NCBI GenBank assembly: GCA_049706495.1
Contig: JBNAKO010000030.1
Location: 40 to 64,039, forward strand
Reading direction: 5' to 3'
Length of the DNA stretch: 64,000 nt
Source of the DNA: Methanosarcina sp.
GTDB taxonomy: Archaea > Halobacteriota > Methanosarcinia > Methanosarcinales > Methanosarcinaceae
Shown: in pieces, positions 1 through 10,160 of the stretch
How positions within the stretch are numbered: position 1 is the stretch's first letter
Layout of the letters: each line of letters starts with the position of its first letter
The notes under the pieces: generated by a model
What the model was told of the DNA's origin: nothing
What the model saw: only the letters and a program-made list of their open reading frames with translations
Database searches by the model: none
Position numbers and translations under genes: made by a program

Positions 1-146
1 TCGACCGTATAATGTGTTCTGAGATTTGCTAATGACATAAATTCACCTTAATTGGGGGATAAATTAAATGAAATAGATAAATTAAATGAAATGTAAGAAT
101 GAAGCTAAAACGTAGGTGAATAGACCTAACTCATTATTAATGTATT

Positions 147-365
147 GCCCGAGTCCCGTCTCGGGAGGGCGGGGTCCTTTTCGCTTCGCTCAAGAGGACT
201 CACTGTTTTCCTCAAACAGGCTGGCATTTTTAAATTTATGGCTCTTTGCGTCGCTTCGCTCTCTTAAGAGAACTGATAAGTTTGGTCGCTTGGTTTGCTC
301 AAGGAGACTACAGGCTTATTTAAAATTTATAATTCTTCTTGCTTTGCTCAAGGTAACTGATAATT
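147..365. repeat. GC-rich palindromic, degenerate repeated element (MITE/REP-like remnant)
   Basis: Hairpins CCCGAG(148-153)/CTCGGG(160-165) and GTCCT(174-178)/AGGAC(195-199). The CGCTTCGCTC/GCTCAAG core recurs at ~182, ~252, ~295 and ~345. Segments 217-280 and 311-363 are degenerate copies of each other. Confidence 0.45.
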
Positions 366-694
366 TTTCTGATTCTTTTGTTAAAGGAGACTTTATGCAA
401 GTTATTACTTAAGTGAAATTTTAATCATTTGCTCATCTGGAAGTTAATTTCTTAGAAAAAAAGGCCAAAAATAGGAGTCCTAAAATAAGTAGTTTTTGTT
501 AATACTATCATGGATAAATATTAACTAAGTATTTCTGTATGATACACTAATTAAGAAATTAGTCTTTGTATTTTAATGAATGATAATTAGATATTTAAAA
601 ATATATCATTTTAAGAGATAACTATATATAAATTGAGTAATTCTAGTTTCCTGAAGTCAAATAAGAAAAGATTTAGAAAAATGAGGGAATAAAA

Positions 695-1435
695 ATTATA
701 CGAATTGTACATCTTTCGGATATCCATTATTCAGATGCTTATTTTGTTGAGGAAATTGCAGATTCTATGCTTGAGAGTATTAATCTGGCCAGGCCGGATC
801 TCGTTGTTATTACTGGGGATTTAACGGAAAATGGGTTTTCTGTTGAGTATGATGGGGTAAAGCAGTTTATTGATAGAATTGAATGTGAAAATAAGGTGCT
901 TGTGCCTGGGAATCATGATTCGAAAAATGCGGGGTATTTGCATTTTGAGGATCTTTTCGAGAGCAGATTTTCTTCACAAAGTTTTGGGAAGGTTATGATT
1001 GTAGGAGCAGATTCTTCCCAGCCTGACCTTAATGAAGGACATATAGGCAGGGAAAACTATGGATGGATAAAAGAAGCTTTTTCAGGTGAAGAGTTCAAGA
1101 TTTTTGCCCTGCATCATCATCTTGTGCCTATTCCGCTGGCTGGAAGAGATAATACCGTACTTGTGGATGCAGGAGATATTCTTGAACTTCTGAACAGGTG
1201 CAAGGTAAACCTTGTGCTGTGCGGACACTGTCATATACCCTGGGTCTGGAATCTGAATAACATGCTTGTAGTAAATGCAGGGACAGTTTGCTCTTCAAAG
1301 ACAAGAGGAAAAACAACTCAATGCTATAACCTGATCCAGGTGGATGATGAGAACTCGGAAGGCAACTGGAAAGTTCAAATATCCAGGGTTTCTTCAGCAG
1401 GAGATGTAGAATTGGTTACTGAAACGGCAATGTAA
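695..1435 (+). CDS. Calcineurin-like metallophosphoesterase (Icc/CpdA-like)
   Basis: Motifs HLSDIH (upstream of the track ATG at 767, same frame), TGDLT, PGNHD, LHHH and GHCH. The frame is open from 677. The start is probably non-AUG near 695-698, so the start coordinate is uncertain. Confidence 0.85.
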   Translation: MIRIVHLSDIHYSDAYFVEEIADSMLESINLARPDLVVITGDLTENGFSVEYDGVKQFIDRIECENKVLVPGNHDSKNAGYLHFEDLFESRFSSQSFGKVMIVGADSSQPDLNEGHIGRENYGWIKEAFSGEEFKIFALHHHLVPIPLAGRDNTVLVDAGDILELLNRCKVNLVLCGHCHIPWVWNLNNMLVVNAGTVCSSKTRGKTTQCYNLIQVDDENSEGNWKVQISRVSSAGDVELVTETAM

Positions 1436-1470
1436 CCGGGTTTTGATATATGGGCTGCAGTAAATTAATG

Positions 1471-1530
1471 TATTTTAATCTACTGCATTTTAATTTACTG
1501 TATTTAAATCTACTATATTTTAATCTACGA
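1471..1530. repeat. 15-bp tandem repeat x4 between convergent genes
   Basis: tattttaatctactg / cattttaatttactg / tatttaaatctacta / tattttaatctacga. Confidence 0.85.
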
Positions 1531-1546
1531 GTTTAATTTATTCGCT

Positions 1547-2260
1547 TTACTTTTTTAGAGTTCTCCATTGAGGGATATTTCCCTTAAAGTATTCCAGTTC
1601 TCCCCTTTCGGTAAGGTCTTTAAGGATCTCAAGAATTTCCGGGCTTTTGGGCTCAAGCTTATATCGTTTCTTAAATTCAGTTATAATTTGAGAGAGATTG
1701 AGAGGGTTGTCCAGGAGAATTTTTTCTGTAAATCCGGCAAGATCTTCGTATCTGGCCCAGGGATAAATAATCCAGCGCCATTTGGTGATTTTTTGGGAAT
1801 AAAAATCAGGCACGAAACTGGAACAGGGTTTATGCTGGAGCACTGCGGTCTTAACGCTTAAGGGGTTCAGGGTCCAGATATAGTCTATTGCAAGTTTTAA
1901 GGTATCTCCCGTATCGGTTATATCATCCACAACCAGCACTTTTTTTCCGGAAATATCCGTGGAAATAGGAAATCGAATCCTAGTTTCTGGCTGCAGACAC
2001 GCAGCTCTTGTGTAGTGCTCAATCTTCATTGAAGTCAGGTCATTGAAAAGCAAAAAATCCGAAATAAGCCTTGCAGGCACATAACCTCCTCTTCCGATTG
2101 CAATAATTATGTCAGGGTTATAGCCTGAAGCTCGGATTTTCAGAGCGAGGATTTTAGAGAGCTTGAGGACTCTTCCAAAAGTTATAAATTCACATTTAAA
2201 AGCCTTATTTTCGATGGGAGGTCGAAAAAGTTGACTGCATTGTTTGTTCTTATTTTGCAC
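1547..2260 (-). CDS. Type I phosphoribosyltransferase (purine PRT-like)
   Basis: PRPP-binding motif VLVVDDITDTGDTL and IGRGG loop. C-terminal WIIYPW. Confidence 0.9.
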   Translation of the reverse strand: MQNKNKQCSQLFRPPIENKAFKCEFITFGRVLKLSKILALKIRASGYNPDIIIAIGRGGYVPARLISDFLLFNDLTSMKIEHYTRAACLQPETRIRFPISTDISGKKVLVVDDITDTGDTLKLAIDYIWTLNPLSVKTAVLQHKPCSSFVPDFYSQKITKWRWIIYPWARYEDLAGFTEKILLDNPLNLSQIITEFKKRYKLEPKSPEILEILKDLTERGELEYFKGNIPQWRTLKK

Positions 2261-2649
2261 TGTAAACGCCTTCTAGATACATGGATATTATTTACCAAAA
2301 AAGCAAAAAAAACAAAAAATCTGAAACAAATAATATAAAATAAATAATTTAAAAATCTAAATCAATAGATATATATTAATATATTATCCAGAAATAAATA
2401 AGGTTTTTCTTAGAAATTTATCAAAGAATTGATTTTTTTAATGGTTTATCAATTAACCGGGTTCATTTTATCTGAAAAATTTGAAATAAAGGCTAATACA
2501 GGCTATATAGATTGCAAGCCTGATTTGAAAAAACCATGAATAAATCAAGTAAAGAAAATTAAGAAAACAAATTTAAAAGCATGACAGATACATATTATTA
2601 CATAATTAATGAAATAAGCCTGGGAATGGAATAATATGGGGAAGAATTA

Positions 2650-3555
2650 ATGGCATACACATTTTCAAAACAAGAAGATAAAATCTTAAGCTTAGGGCTG
2701 GCCGCAATTAATGAAAAATTTGATGAGGGAGTAAATCAAGCCCTTGATTCTCTAACAGAGATCGGCACAGGTTACCTTGATGAGAAAAATGAGCTCGAAG
2801 CTGAAAAAATGATAACCTCAATAAAAGAGATAGGCAAAGCTGCCGCCCTTCAGGGAATGGAGAATGCAGCAGTTAATGCGATCAGATCTCTTGAGAAGAT
2901 GCTAAACAGATCTATTGAACAAAATATAGAAGCAACCACTGTCAGGGTCTTACTTTCATTTGGTACGATAGGGAAAACCGCTGCTGAGCAGCAGATGGAA
3001 ATGGTAGCCAAGCTTGCAGCTTCTATACTTGGAAAGATTGGAAACACCGCAGCTCACCTTGGAAAAGAAAGAGAGACTATTGCAGTTGTAATCGGGCTTG
3101 GAGAAATTGGAAAAGCCGTTGCTAGGGTTAAAGCGATTGATGTTTCGGAAAATACTGCAATATGCATATCCTGTCTTGGTGATATGGGAAAGTTTACAGC
3201 ACAGAAAACTCTTGAAGAAGCTGCTGTAGGCGTAGAGCTTATGCTTGAAGAAATGGCTTTAGTAGCCATGCAGGAGAACCTTCAAAACTCAGTAAGAAGT
3301 ATTGCAAGCTCCATTGAAGAAATTAGGAAAAACGCTAAGGAAGAGGATATGGAAAATGCAGTTTTTCAGGCTTCATCTGCACTCCAGACTATCATGAGCA
3401 ATTCAGGAAACAAATATTTAAATGATGCTTCAATTGCAACTAAGGTCGCGCTTGAATCCTTTAATGAGCTTGATATAATAAATGACGAAGCAAACATTAA
3501 GAAAATAGAAGCAATCAGGGAATTGATGAGAGCGCTCTGGATTGACTCAAAATAA
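2650..3555 (+). CDS. Hypothetical alpha-helical repeat protein (~23-aa repeats)
   Basis: 301-aa ORF with upstream GGGGAAG. IG-x-x-AA-x4-E units recur every 23 residues. Confidence 0.8.
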   Translation: MAYTFSKQEDKILSLGLAAINEKFDEGVNQALDSLTEIGTGYLDEKNELEAEKMITSIKEIGKAAALQGMENAAVNAIRSLEKMLNRSIEQNIEATTVRVLLSFGTIGKTAAEQQMEMVAKLAASILGKIGNTAAHLGKERETIAVVIGLGEIGKAVARVKAIDVSENTAICISCLGDMGKFTAQKTLEEAAVGVELMLEEMALVAMQENLQNSVRSIASSIEEIRKNAKEEDMENAVFQASSALQTIMSNSGNKYLNDASIATKVALESFNELDIINDEANIKKIEAIRELMRALWIDSK

Positions 3556-3691
3556 AGATCTGCATGTTAAATCGAAGATTTCCGCAACCAGTTACTTATT
3601 TCATAATTACTCGGCGTATATAATTCAGTTACAGTCTATACAATCTATTGAAACAGCGTTTTACTTTATTCTACCTATATTTTTATTTTTT

Positions 3692-3719
3692 ATTCATTCA
3701 TTCATTCATTCATTCATTC
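3692..3719. repeat. (ATTC)7 microsatellite
   Basis: Seven perfect ATTC units between convergent genes. Confidence 0.9.
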
Positions 3720-3818
3720 TGTTTCATTTAGGCTGTAATAAAATAAAACATGATTTTTAAGAATTTGGAATTCCACAAAAAAATAGAAATTAGATATGGA
3801 TTTAATCCATACAGATAT

Positions 3819-5204
3819 TTAATTTGTCAGAGACTGAATAGGTGCTGGAATTCTTCCTCCTCGTTTTATGAAAACTTCCGAGCTAAAATTGTTTATAGGC
3901 ATAATAGGAGCACTTCCAAGCAGGCCTCCGAATTCTACTGAATCTCCTACTCCTTTTCCAGGAGCAGGAATTATTCTTACTGCGGTGGTCTTTCTATTTA
4001 TTACCCCGATCGCCATTTCGTCAGCTATTATTGCAGAAAGGGTAGAAGCAGGTGTGTCTCCAGGGACAGCTATCATATCAAGCCCTACAGAACAGATACT
4101 TGTCATTGCTTCAAGCTTTTCAAGGGAAAGCGCCCCCACCCGGACTGCTTCTATCATGCCTGCATCTTCACTGACAGGAATAAAAGCTCCACTAAGCCCG
4201 CCTACAGAGGAAGAAGCCATAGCCCCTCCTTTTTTTACTGCATCGTTCAAAAGGGCAAGAGCTGCAGTTGTTCCATGGGTTCCGCAACGTTCCAAACCCA
4301 TTGCTTCAAGAATAGCAGCAACACTATCTCCAATTTCCGGAGTAGGAGCTAAAGAAAGGTCAAGGATCCCGAATTCCACTCCAAGCCTTTTTGAAACCTC
4401 TCTTCCTACCATTTCTCCCATACGAGTAATTTTGAAGGCTGTCTTTTTGATTGTTTCGGAAATCTCAGTAAGATTTGCATTTTCAAGTTCACGAACAGCC
4501 GCATTCACGACTCCAGGGCCGCTTACCCCTACATTAATCACACATTCAGGCTCTCCTATGCCGTGAAAAGCCCCTGCCATGAAAGGGTTGTCCTCAGGAG
4601 CATTGGCAAAAATAACAAGCTTGGCACAGCCAATGCCGTCTCTATCTGCAGTCAGTTTTGCAGTTTTCTTAATAATATTGCCCATGAGGCCAACGGCGTC
4701 AATATTGATTCCGGTTTTAGTGGTGGCGACATTAACTGAAGAGCACACTTTGTCGGTACTTGCAAGGGCTTCAGGGATAGAGTTTAAAAGTTTTAAATCA
4801 CCTGCTGTTGTTCCTTTATGAACAAGAGCGCTGAAACCCCCTATAAAGTCAACACCTGCTTCTTTTGCAGCTTCATCCATTGTTTTCGCAACAGAAACAA
4901 AATCAGAAGCTTTGCAGCTTTCGGCAGCTATTGCTATCGGGGTTACTGAAATTCTTTTATTGATAATAGGGATTCCATAAAGGTCCTGGATCTCATTTGT
5001 TGTGCTGACAAGATCCTTTGCACGGGTAGTTATTTTCTCATAGATGTTTTCATTAAAGACTTCAATTTCAGGATGACAGCAGTCTCTGAGACTGATCCCC
5101 ATGGTAACGGTCCGGATATCCAGATGCTCCATCCTGACCATCCGGATTGTTTCCATTATTTCATTACTGGAAGGCGAATAAAACCCACTGTGTTTAAATG
5201 CCAT
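3819..5204 (-). CDS. PFL-like family protein (DUF711/UPF0210)
   Basis: Characteristic [35 protein letters not shown] and GGRIPAP segments. AGGAG SD precedes the ATG at 5204. Confidence 0.9.
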   Translation of the reverse strand: MAFKHSGFYSPSSNEIMETIRMVRMEHLDIRTVTMGISLRDCCHPEIEVFNENIYEKITTRAKDLVSTTNEIQDLYGIPIINKRISVTPIAIAAESCKASDFVSVAKTMDEAAKEAGVDFIGGFSALVHKGTTAGDLKLLNSIPEALASTDKVCSSVNVATTKTGINIDAVGLMGNIIKKTAKLTADRDGIGCAKLVIFANAPEDNPFMAGAFHGIGEPECVINVGVSGPGVVNAAVRELENANLTEISETIKKTAFKITRMGEMVGREVSKRLGVEFGILDLSLAPTPEIGDSVAAILEAMGLERCGTHGTTAALALLNDAVKKGGAMASSSVGGLSGAFIPVSEDAGMIEAVRVGALSLEKLEAMTSICSVGLDMIAVPGDTPASTLSAIIADEMAIGVINRKTTAVRIIPAPGKGVGDSVEFGGLLGSAPIMPINNFSSEVFIKRGGRIPAPIQSLTN

Positions 5205-6064
5205 TAACTTATCTCCTAGGTATACAAAATATAGAACATTCAACTAAATATTTAAGGAAATGTGAAGCTGAAGGGCTCTGCTCAAAATCGATTTTTTAAT
5301 AAGCGGGAAACAAGTATTTTATATTTCCAGGTGGAAGATTTAGTTATTGATTGCTTTTTTACCTCTGGCTCTTAAATATTGCAGATTTAAGCCGTAAGGA
5401 TCCCTTCTGTTTTAATATTGAACCAGTATCCAGTCATTATGGTCTATAAAATTTTTTCTTAAGCATGTTTATTTCTGCTTTAAACTTCTAAAAATCACAA
5501 TATAATTTATTCTGGATTATCATCCAACACATTATCAATTCAATCTTTCTCAATATAATTTAACGAAATATCAGATAGCTGATATTTTTTCTTCGGGAAA
5601 TAAATTTGGGTTAACTGACAGCTTTTTAGTTACTTATAGTTACTTAATAACCGATAGTTATTTAATCACCAATGGTTATAGTAGAGGATAGAGTGATATA
5701 TCTTTGTTGAGGCTGCCTCCAGGCAGAATTTTGGAGATTATAACTTCATATAAGAGAGACAAGTCACATGAATAAAACTCCAATAAAAAGTGATAATCCC
5801 GTAAAAACAAGTAGTAATATAAAATATCCAGGCAGCAGGCAAAGTCTCATTAGGCTCTATATGCGAATAAATGGAACTACAGTGAACGGACCTGTAATGC
5901 ACAACATACATAAGGTAAAGGCTTGCTAAAAGTTTGCATAAAGGATCTCGTAATTAAAATACTGAGCCAGTAACTTATTGGGTGGGAATTCAAATGCATG
6001 TGAGAGCAAAATCGAATGAAAGGCATTGTTTGTAAGTTTCATGTAAATTAATGGGGTAAATAAA

Positions 6065-6865
6065 ATGAAAATAGAATCTGTGAAATTAGTTTATTTTACA
6101 CCTACCGGAACAACAAAAGCGGTTGTTAAGGGCATTGCAAAGGGTATTAATCCGGATAACATGGAATTAATTGATATTACCAGACCAGATGCAAGAAGAC
6201 AACCGTTAATGACCTCGGAAAATGAATTGCTTATAGTTGGGGTTCCCGTCTATATGGGAAGAGTGCCAGCATTATTAATTGAATGGCTGAATTCGATTCA
6301 GGCCCATAATACACCTACTGTCTGTGTTGTTATCTATGGTAATCGTGTTTATGACGATGCACTGCTGGAACTAAAAAATACTGTAATGAAATGTGGGGGT
6401 ATTCCCATTGCCTGCGCAGCATATATCGGAGAACACTCATTCTCGAATTCTGAGACCCCAACAGCACAGGGACGTCCCGATAACCATGATCTGCACCATG
6501 CTGAAGTTTTTGGACAGAAAATATGTGAAAAACTGAAATCTATTTCATTAATTTCTCAAATTTCTGATGTATACGTGCCTGGCATTTATCCCTATAGGGG
6601 AGATTCGAAGTTATGGAATGTTGATTTTATCGCAGTAAGTAATGAGTGTTTACAGTGTGGAATCTGTGCAGAGAATTGTCCTGTTGGTGCTATTGATGCA
6701 GAAAACTCCCATTTGATTGATATTGAAAAATGCATTACCTGCTGTGCGTGTATTAAAAATTGCCCGCAAAATGCCAGATCAATGAAACCCGGGTTGGTAA
6801 AAGACGCATCGGTGCGACTCCATACGCTCTATAGCCAGCGGAAGGAGCCTGAATATTTCATCTGA
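6065..6865 (+). CDS. Flavodoxin-domain plus 2x[4Fe-4S] ferredoxin protein (EFR1-like)
   Basis: YFTPTGTT flavodoxin loop, VYMGR and YGNRVYDDAL. Two CxxCxxCxxxCP motifs. Confidence 0.9.
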   Translation: MKIESVKLVYFTPTGTTKAVVKGIAKGINPDNMELIDITRPDARRQPLMTSENELLIVGVPVYMGRVPALLIEWLNSIQAHNTPTVCVVIYGNRVYDDALLELKNTVMKCGGIPIACAAYIGEHSFSNSETPTAQGRPDNHDLHHAEVFGQKICEKLKSISLISQISDVYVPGIYPYRGDSKLWNVDFIAVSNECLQCGICAENCPVGAIDAENSHLIDIEKCITCCACIKNCPQNARSMKPGLVKDASVRLHTLYSQRKEPEYFI

Positions 6866-6968
6866 ACGAATATATTCCAGTTAAAGAAAGCGGGAAATTA
6901 GAAACGTTCATTTTTAAATCATATAACTAATAGTCATAATATGAATACAGGTTACGTGAAGTGGAACT

Positions 6969-7682
6969 ATGGGAATTGCTGAGAGAAGAGAACGAGAAAA
7001 GGAACAGCGAAAGACCGAGATTATAGATGCGGCCGAACGTCTCTTTTTTTCTCGAAATTATGAAGATGTTTCCATGGATGAGATTGCCCATGAGGTAGAA
7101 CTGAATAAGGCTACCATTTATTTGTATTTTAAAAATAAGGAGACACTTTTCGCAACCATTGTACTCCGTGGTATCCAGATCCTTAAAGAAAAATACACGG
7201 AATACATGGAAAAACAGGTGCCTGGTATTGTCAAGGTAGCCCTTATGGGCCAGGCCTATTATCAATATTCACAGGAATACCCCGATTATCTTCGAATGAT
7301 ACATTTTTACGGTTCTGAGCGTTTTTCTAAAGAAAACCCGTGTACCGCAGAGATTGGAAAGGGATATGGCACCTGCCGTATGATGCTGCGAGATGCGATC
7401 CAGGAGGGTATTGATGACGGTACAATCCGGGCCGATCTCGATCCGTTTCTGACCTCTATGTACCTTATGATCTCCTTTATGGGTATTTTGTCTATGGAAA
7501 ATAAATGGAAACTGGTGATCGAGGCAGAAGGGTTCAGCTACGAGCAGTTTGCCTGTGAATTTTTCCGGTTCATTATTCCTGCCATCTCTTCCAGCGAAAC
7601 ATCTCACAAAATGGATGTTAAAGGTTTCGCATCATTTGGGTTCTCTTTAACCGCGCCTGTGACACCTGAGAAGAAAAAATGA
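6969..7682 (+). CDS. TetR/AcrR family transcriptional regulator
   Basis: N-terminal HTH IIDAAERLF...SMDEIAHEVELNKATIYLYFKNKETL. Confidence 0.92.
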   Translation: MGIAERREREKEQRKTEIIDAAERLFFSRNYEDVSMDEIAHEVELNKATIYLYFKNKETLFATIVLRGIQILKEKYTEYMEKQVPGIVKVALMGQAYYQYSQEYPDYLRMIHFYGSERFSKENPCTAEIGKGYGTCRMMLRDAIQEGIDDGTIRADLDPFLTSMYLMISFMGILSMENKWKLVIEAEGFSYEQFACEFFRFIIPAISSSETSHKMDVKGFASFGFSLTAPVTPEKKK

Positions 7683-8099
7683 AAAAATATTAAATTTTTT
7701 AGAATTTTAAAGTTAAATTTTTTTCTCGTCTGCTGCATTTATATTCTTGATTTTCGCATCTCCAATAAGTAGGCGAGTTTAGCCCGAGATTATAAAATCA
7801 CTGGTTTTGTTCTACAAGAATCAAACTCATTTGGAGCGATCTGTTGAGTGTTCGAAGTATTAATAATACTAATCGAAATCTATATGACTTAACATTTCAC
7901 CCCAAAAACCGCTCCCTTGATCTCCTTTCATCTCCTTCCCATCCAATACTCACTTCACCCTTCTAACCTGGAAAGTCAAGAAGAGTTATTTATCATTCCT
8001 AGAGATGTATAGTTCTCAATAATTTTTTCGTTATCATTTACTTTGCAACAATTAACCTGTCAGTAATGAATTTTGCGAGAGTTTTAAATAAACATTTTT

Positions 8100-8410
8100 A
8101 AAAGAATACTTTCACCTTATTCCTAACCTCTGTTCCATAAAAGATAGTGCAGTTATCAAAGAATAGAGAGGCATGACAGACGTAAATTAAGAGAATTTCT
8201 TTGGAATTTACCGTAATAATATTGAAACAGTCAACCGTCTCATAAACCATTTTGAAAAAAGCCAACACGTGGAAGAATGTCTCAATATATCCCAAAATTA
8301 TGATGCACAGTGGGATTTTCAACCCACGAAATCCTTCGACCAGATCTTAAGTCTGGCGCCTTTAAACTGGCTTGGCAACTCTCGCATATTAAGGGCAGAT
8401 TTATAGACAT
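8100..8410 (+). pseudogene. Possible decayed coding remnant of unknown family
   Basis: A protein-like + strand frame (KEYFHLIPN...ENFFGIYRNNIETVNRL...LRADL) broken by stops. No family recognised. Confidence 0.25.
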
Positions 8411-8585
8411 CCGAGGGGTCAACTTATAAACAAAAGCAAGCTTTAATGAAAGCCCGCAATTTAATTTTTCAGATGACTCACAATTCTATAACCAGGGCAG
8501 CCGCAAAGAGAGTTGGAAGGGCTGAGAATAAAATCCTTTCCTATGATTAACCCTTGAAAGCTGAGAAAGCCTGCAGAATTCTGGC

Positions 8586-8864
8586 TCAGATCCTGTGCAT
8601 GAAGCGAAAAGCATCTTCATGCTGTACCTTAACCTCAACTCCAAGACTTTTTCCCTCAGCATTCATAGCCTCCTGAAAAGCCGTAAGGTTAAAGTTTTCT
8701 TCCGGGGCTTCGGCAAGCATGATCATAGTGAAAATGCCCTGCATAATAGTCTGACTTATATCAACAATGTTCACATTGAAACTTGCCATCACCGAAGTAA
8801 TTCTGGCAACTATACCTACACGGTCGCTGCCTATAACTGTAATAATGAAACGACTGGATGTCAC
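8586..8864 (-). CDS. ACT domain protein (UPF0237)
   Basis: IITVIGSDRVGIVA...NIVDISQTIMQGIFTMIM...QHEDAFRFMHRI. GGTGGAG SD before the GTG at 8864. Confidence 0.92.
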   Translation of the reverse strand: MTSSRFIITVIGSDRVGIVARITSVMASFNVNIVDISQTIMQGIFTMIMLAEAPEENFNLTAFQEAMNAEGKSLGVEVKVQHEDAFRFMHRI

Positions 8865-9126
8865 TGATATCTCCACCAGGCCTGTTTTTCAGGTCTTTTA
8901 AAGAACTAAGAATTATATAAGTTTTATATTTTAACAACAGTATCTCTAAATTTGCTCAAATGAGGGCTTGATAGCTAATAAAGTAAACTGTTGAGAATTA
9001 TATTATCCCAAGTAACCATTCAGAACCAAAAGAATCAAAAATAGTGTTATTGACTGCTACCAGATATTAAAACAAAGTTCTAAAAACTTTGTTCCAAGTA
9101 GATTCAATCAAAAAACTCAACATATC

Positions 9127-9624
9127 TCAAGAACATAGCACAGCTATTTTTTCAACAACATGCTGAATATCTTCTTTACCTTTGATTTTTATTGAAAAAT
9201 CAGCATACTGTTGATAAAGAATTACTCTTTCTTCAAAAAGTTCTTTAAGACTTTTATCTTTCAGTCCAATTATTCCCCTTTTTCTTGCATTTGGAATTCT
9301 TTTAACAATACTTCGAAAAGGGGTATCCAGAAAGACGATTTTTGAAATATTTTGTAAATGAAGCATGGCTTTTTGAGAATAAATAATGCTTCCGCCAGGA
9401 GAAATAATACAATTATCTATTTTTTCAAGGTTTAAAATAACTTTTTCTTCAAGTTTGAGCAGGGCAAGGTCGCCCTCTTTGTCGATAAGCTCTTGCAGAG
9501 GGACTCCGGTTTTTTCCATAACAAGGCGATCGATATCAATAAAAGTATAACCAAGGCTCTTTGCAAGCGCCTTTCCAATAGTGCTTTTTCCCGCTCCTGC
9601 CATGCCGATTAGTGTTATGTTCAT
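9127..9624 (-). CDS. aroK: Shikimate kinase, bacterial AroK/gluconate-kinase P-loop type
   Basis: NITLIGMAGAGKST Walker A, DID, E-x-x-V and SPGGS motifs, ER-x-x-LY near the C terminus. Confidence 0.8.
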   Translation of the reverse strand: MNITLIGMAGAGKSTIGKALAKSLGYTFIDIDRLVMEKTGVPLQELIDKEGDLALLKLEEKVILNLEKIDNCIISPGGSIIYSQKAMLHLQNISKIVFLDTPFRSIVKRIPNARKRGIIGLKDKSLKELFEERVILYQQYADFSIKIKGKEDIQHVVEKIAVLCS

Positions 9625-10160
9625 AAAAATATGCCCCAAAACCTCTAAGGATAGGGACGCTTCAAATCTAAATGAAACTCCGCCTAGAAATTATCATTAA
9701 ATATATAAATTATTGCTCTATACAAAAACTTTTTATAATCAGCTTAAAATTCATTCAAATTAATTATTTCCAGTATTTTCATAATTACCAGTGCTTCGAT
9801 TCCAAAGTCGATTTCTCATATTCTTTTAATTTTGGAAATATTCTTTGAGTCTTTTTTACCATCTGCCTGATCCTTACATTCAAGCATGTAACAAAATTAT
9901 ATAATTAAATAATTTTATCCCAAGTATATATTTCTTTGAATTATCAGGAATGTTTATAGTAATAATTAGTAGTACTGTATTTATTGAGACAAAGTACATA
10001 TAAATTGATATTGAATATATATTTTGGTCAAACAAATATAGTTATGCTAAAAAATTTATACAGTTGTAAAAAAGGAGTAAAATTTTGAAAAAAATGAGCT
10101 TTTTTTAGCTTTTCTTCAAAATAAAAATATTATTGTAAAAATTATCTGGAGTTACCGTTT

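Noticed and set aside
116-412. 98-aa ORF in the track
   Set aside because: It overlaps the palindromic repeat element, has no recognisable motif and starts at GTG without a clear SD. Probably spurious.
662-676. Pyrrolysine (TAG) read-through as an explanation for the missing metallophosphoesterase start
   Set aside because: The frame upstream of TAG 674-676 hits TAA at 662-664 with no start codon in between.
3868-4821. Long antisense ORFs opposite the PFL-like gene, and similar shadows opposite phnD, phnK, deoA, cobQ, iscS, truD and pyrG
   Set aside because: They are reverse-complement shadows of well-supported genes and carry no independent motifs.
9640-10160. Pho-box-like operator upstream of phnD
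   Set aside because: Only AT-rich TATA-like runs are visible, with no convincing repeated or palindromic motif that can be told apart from background.
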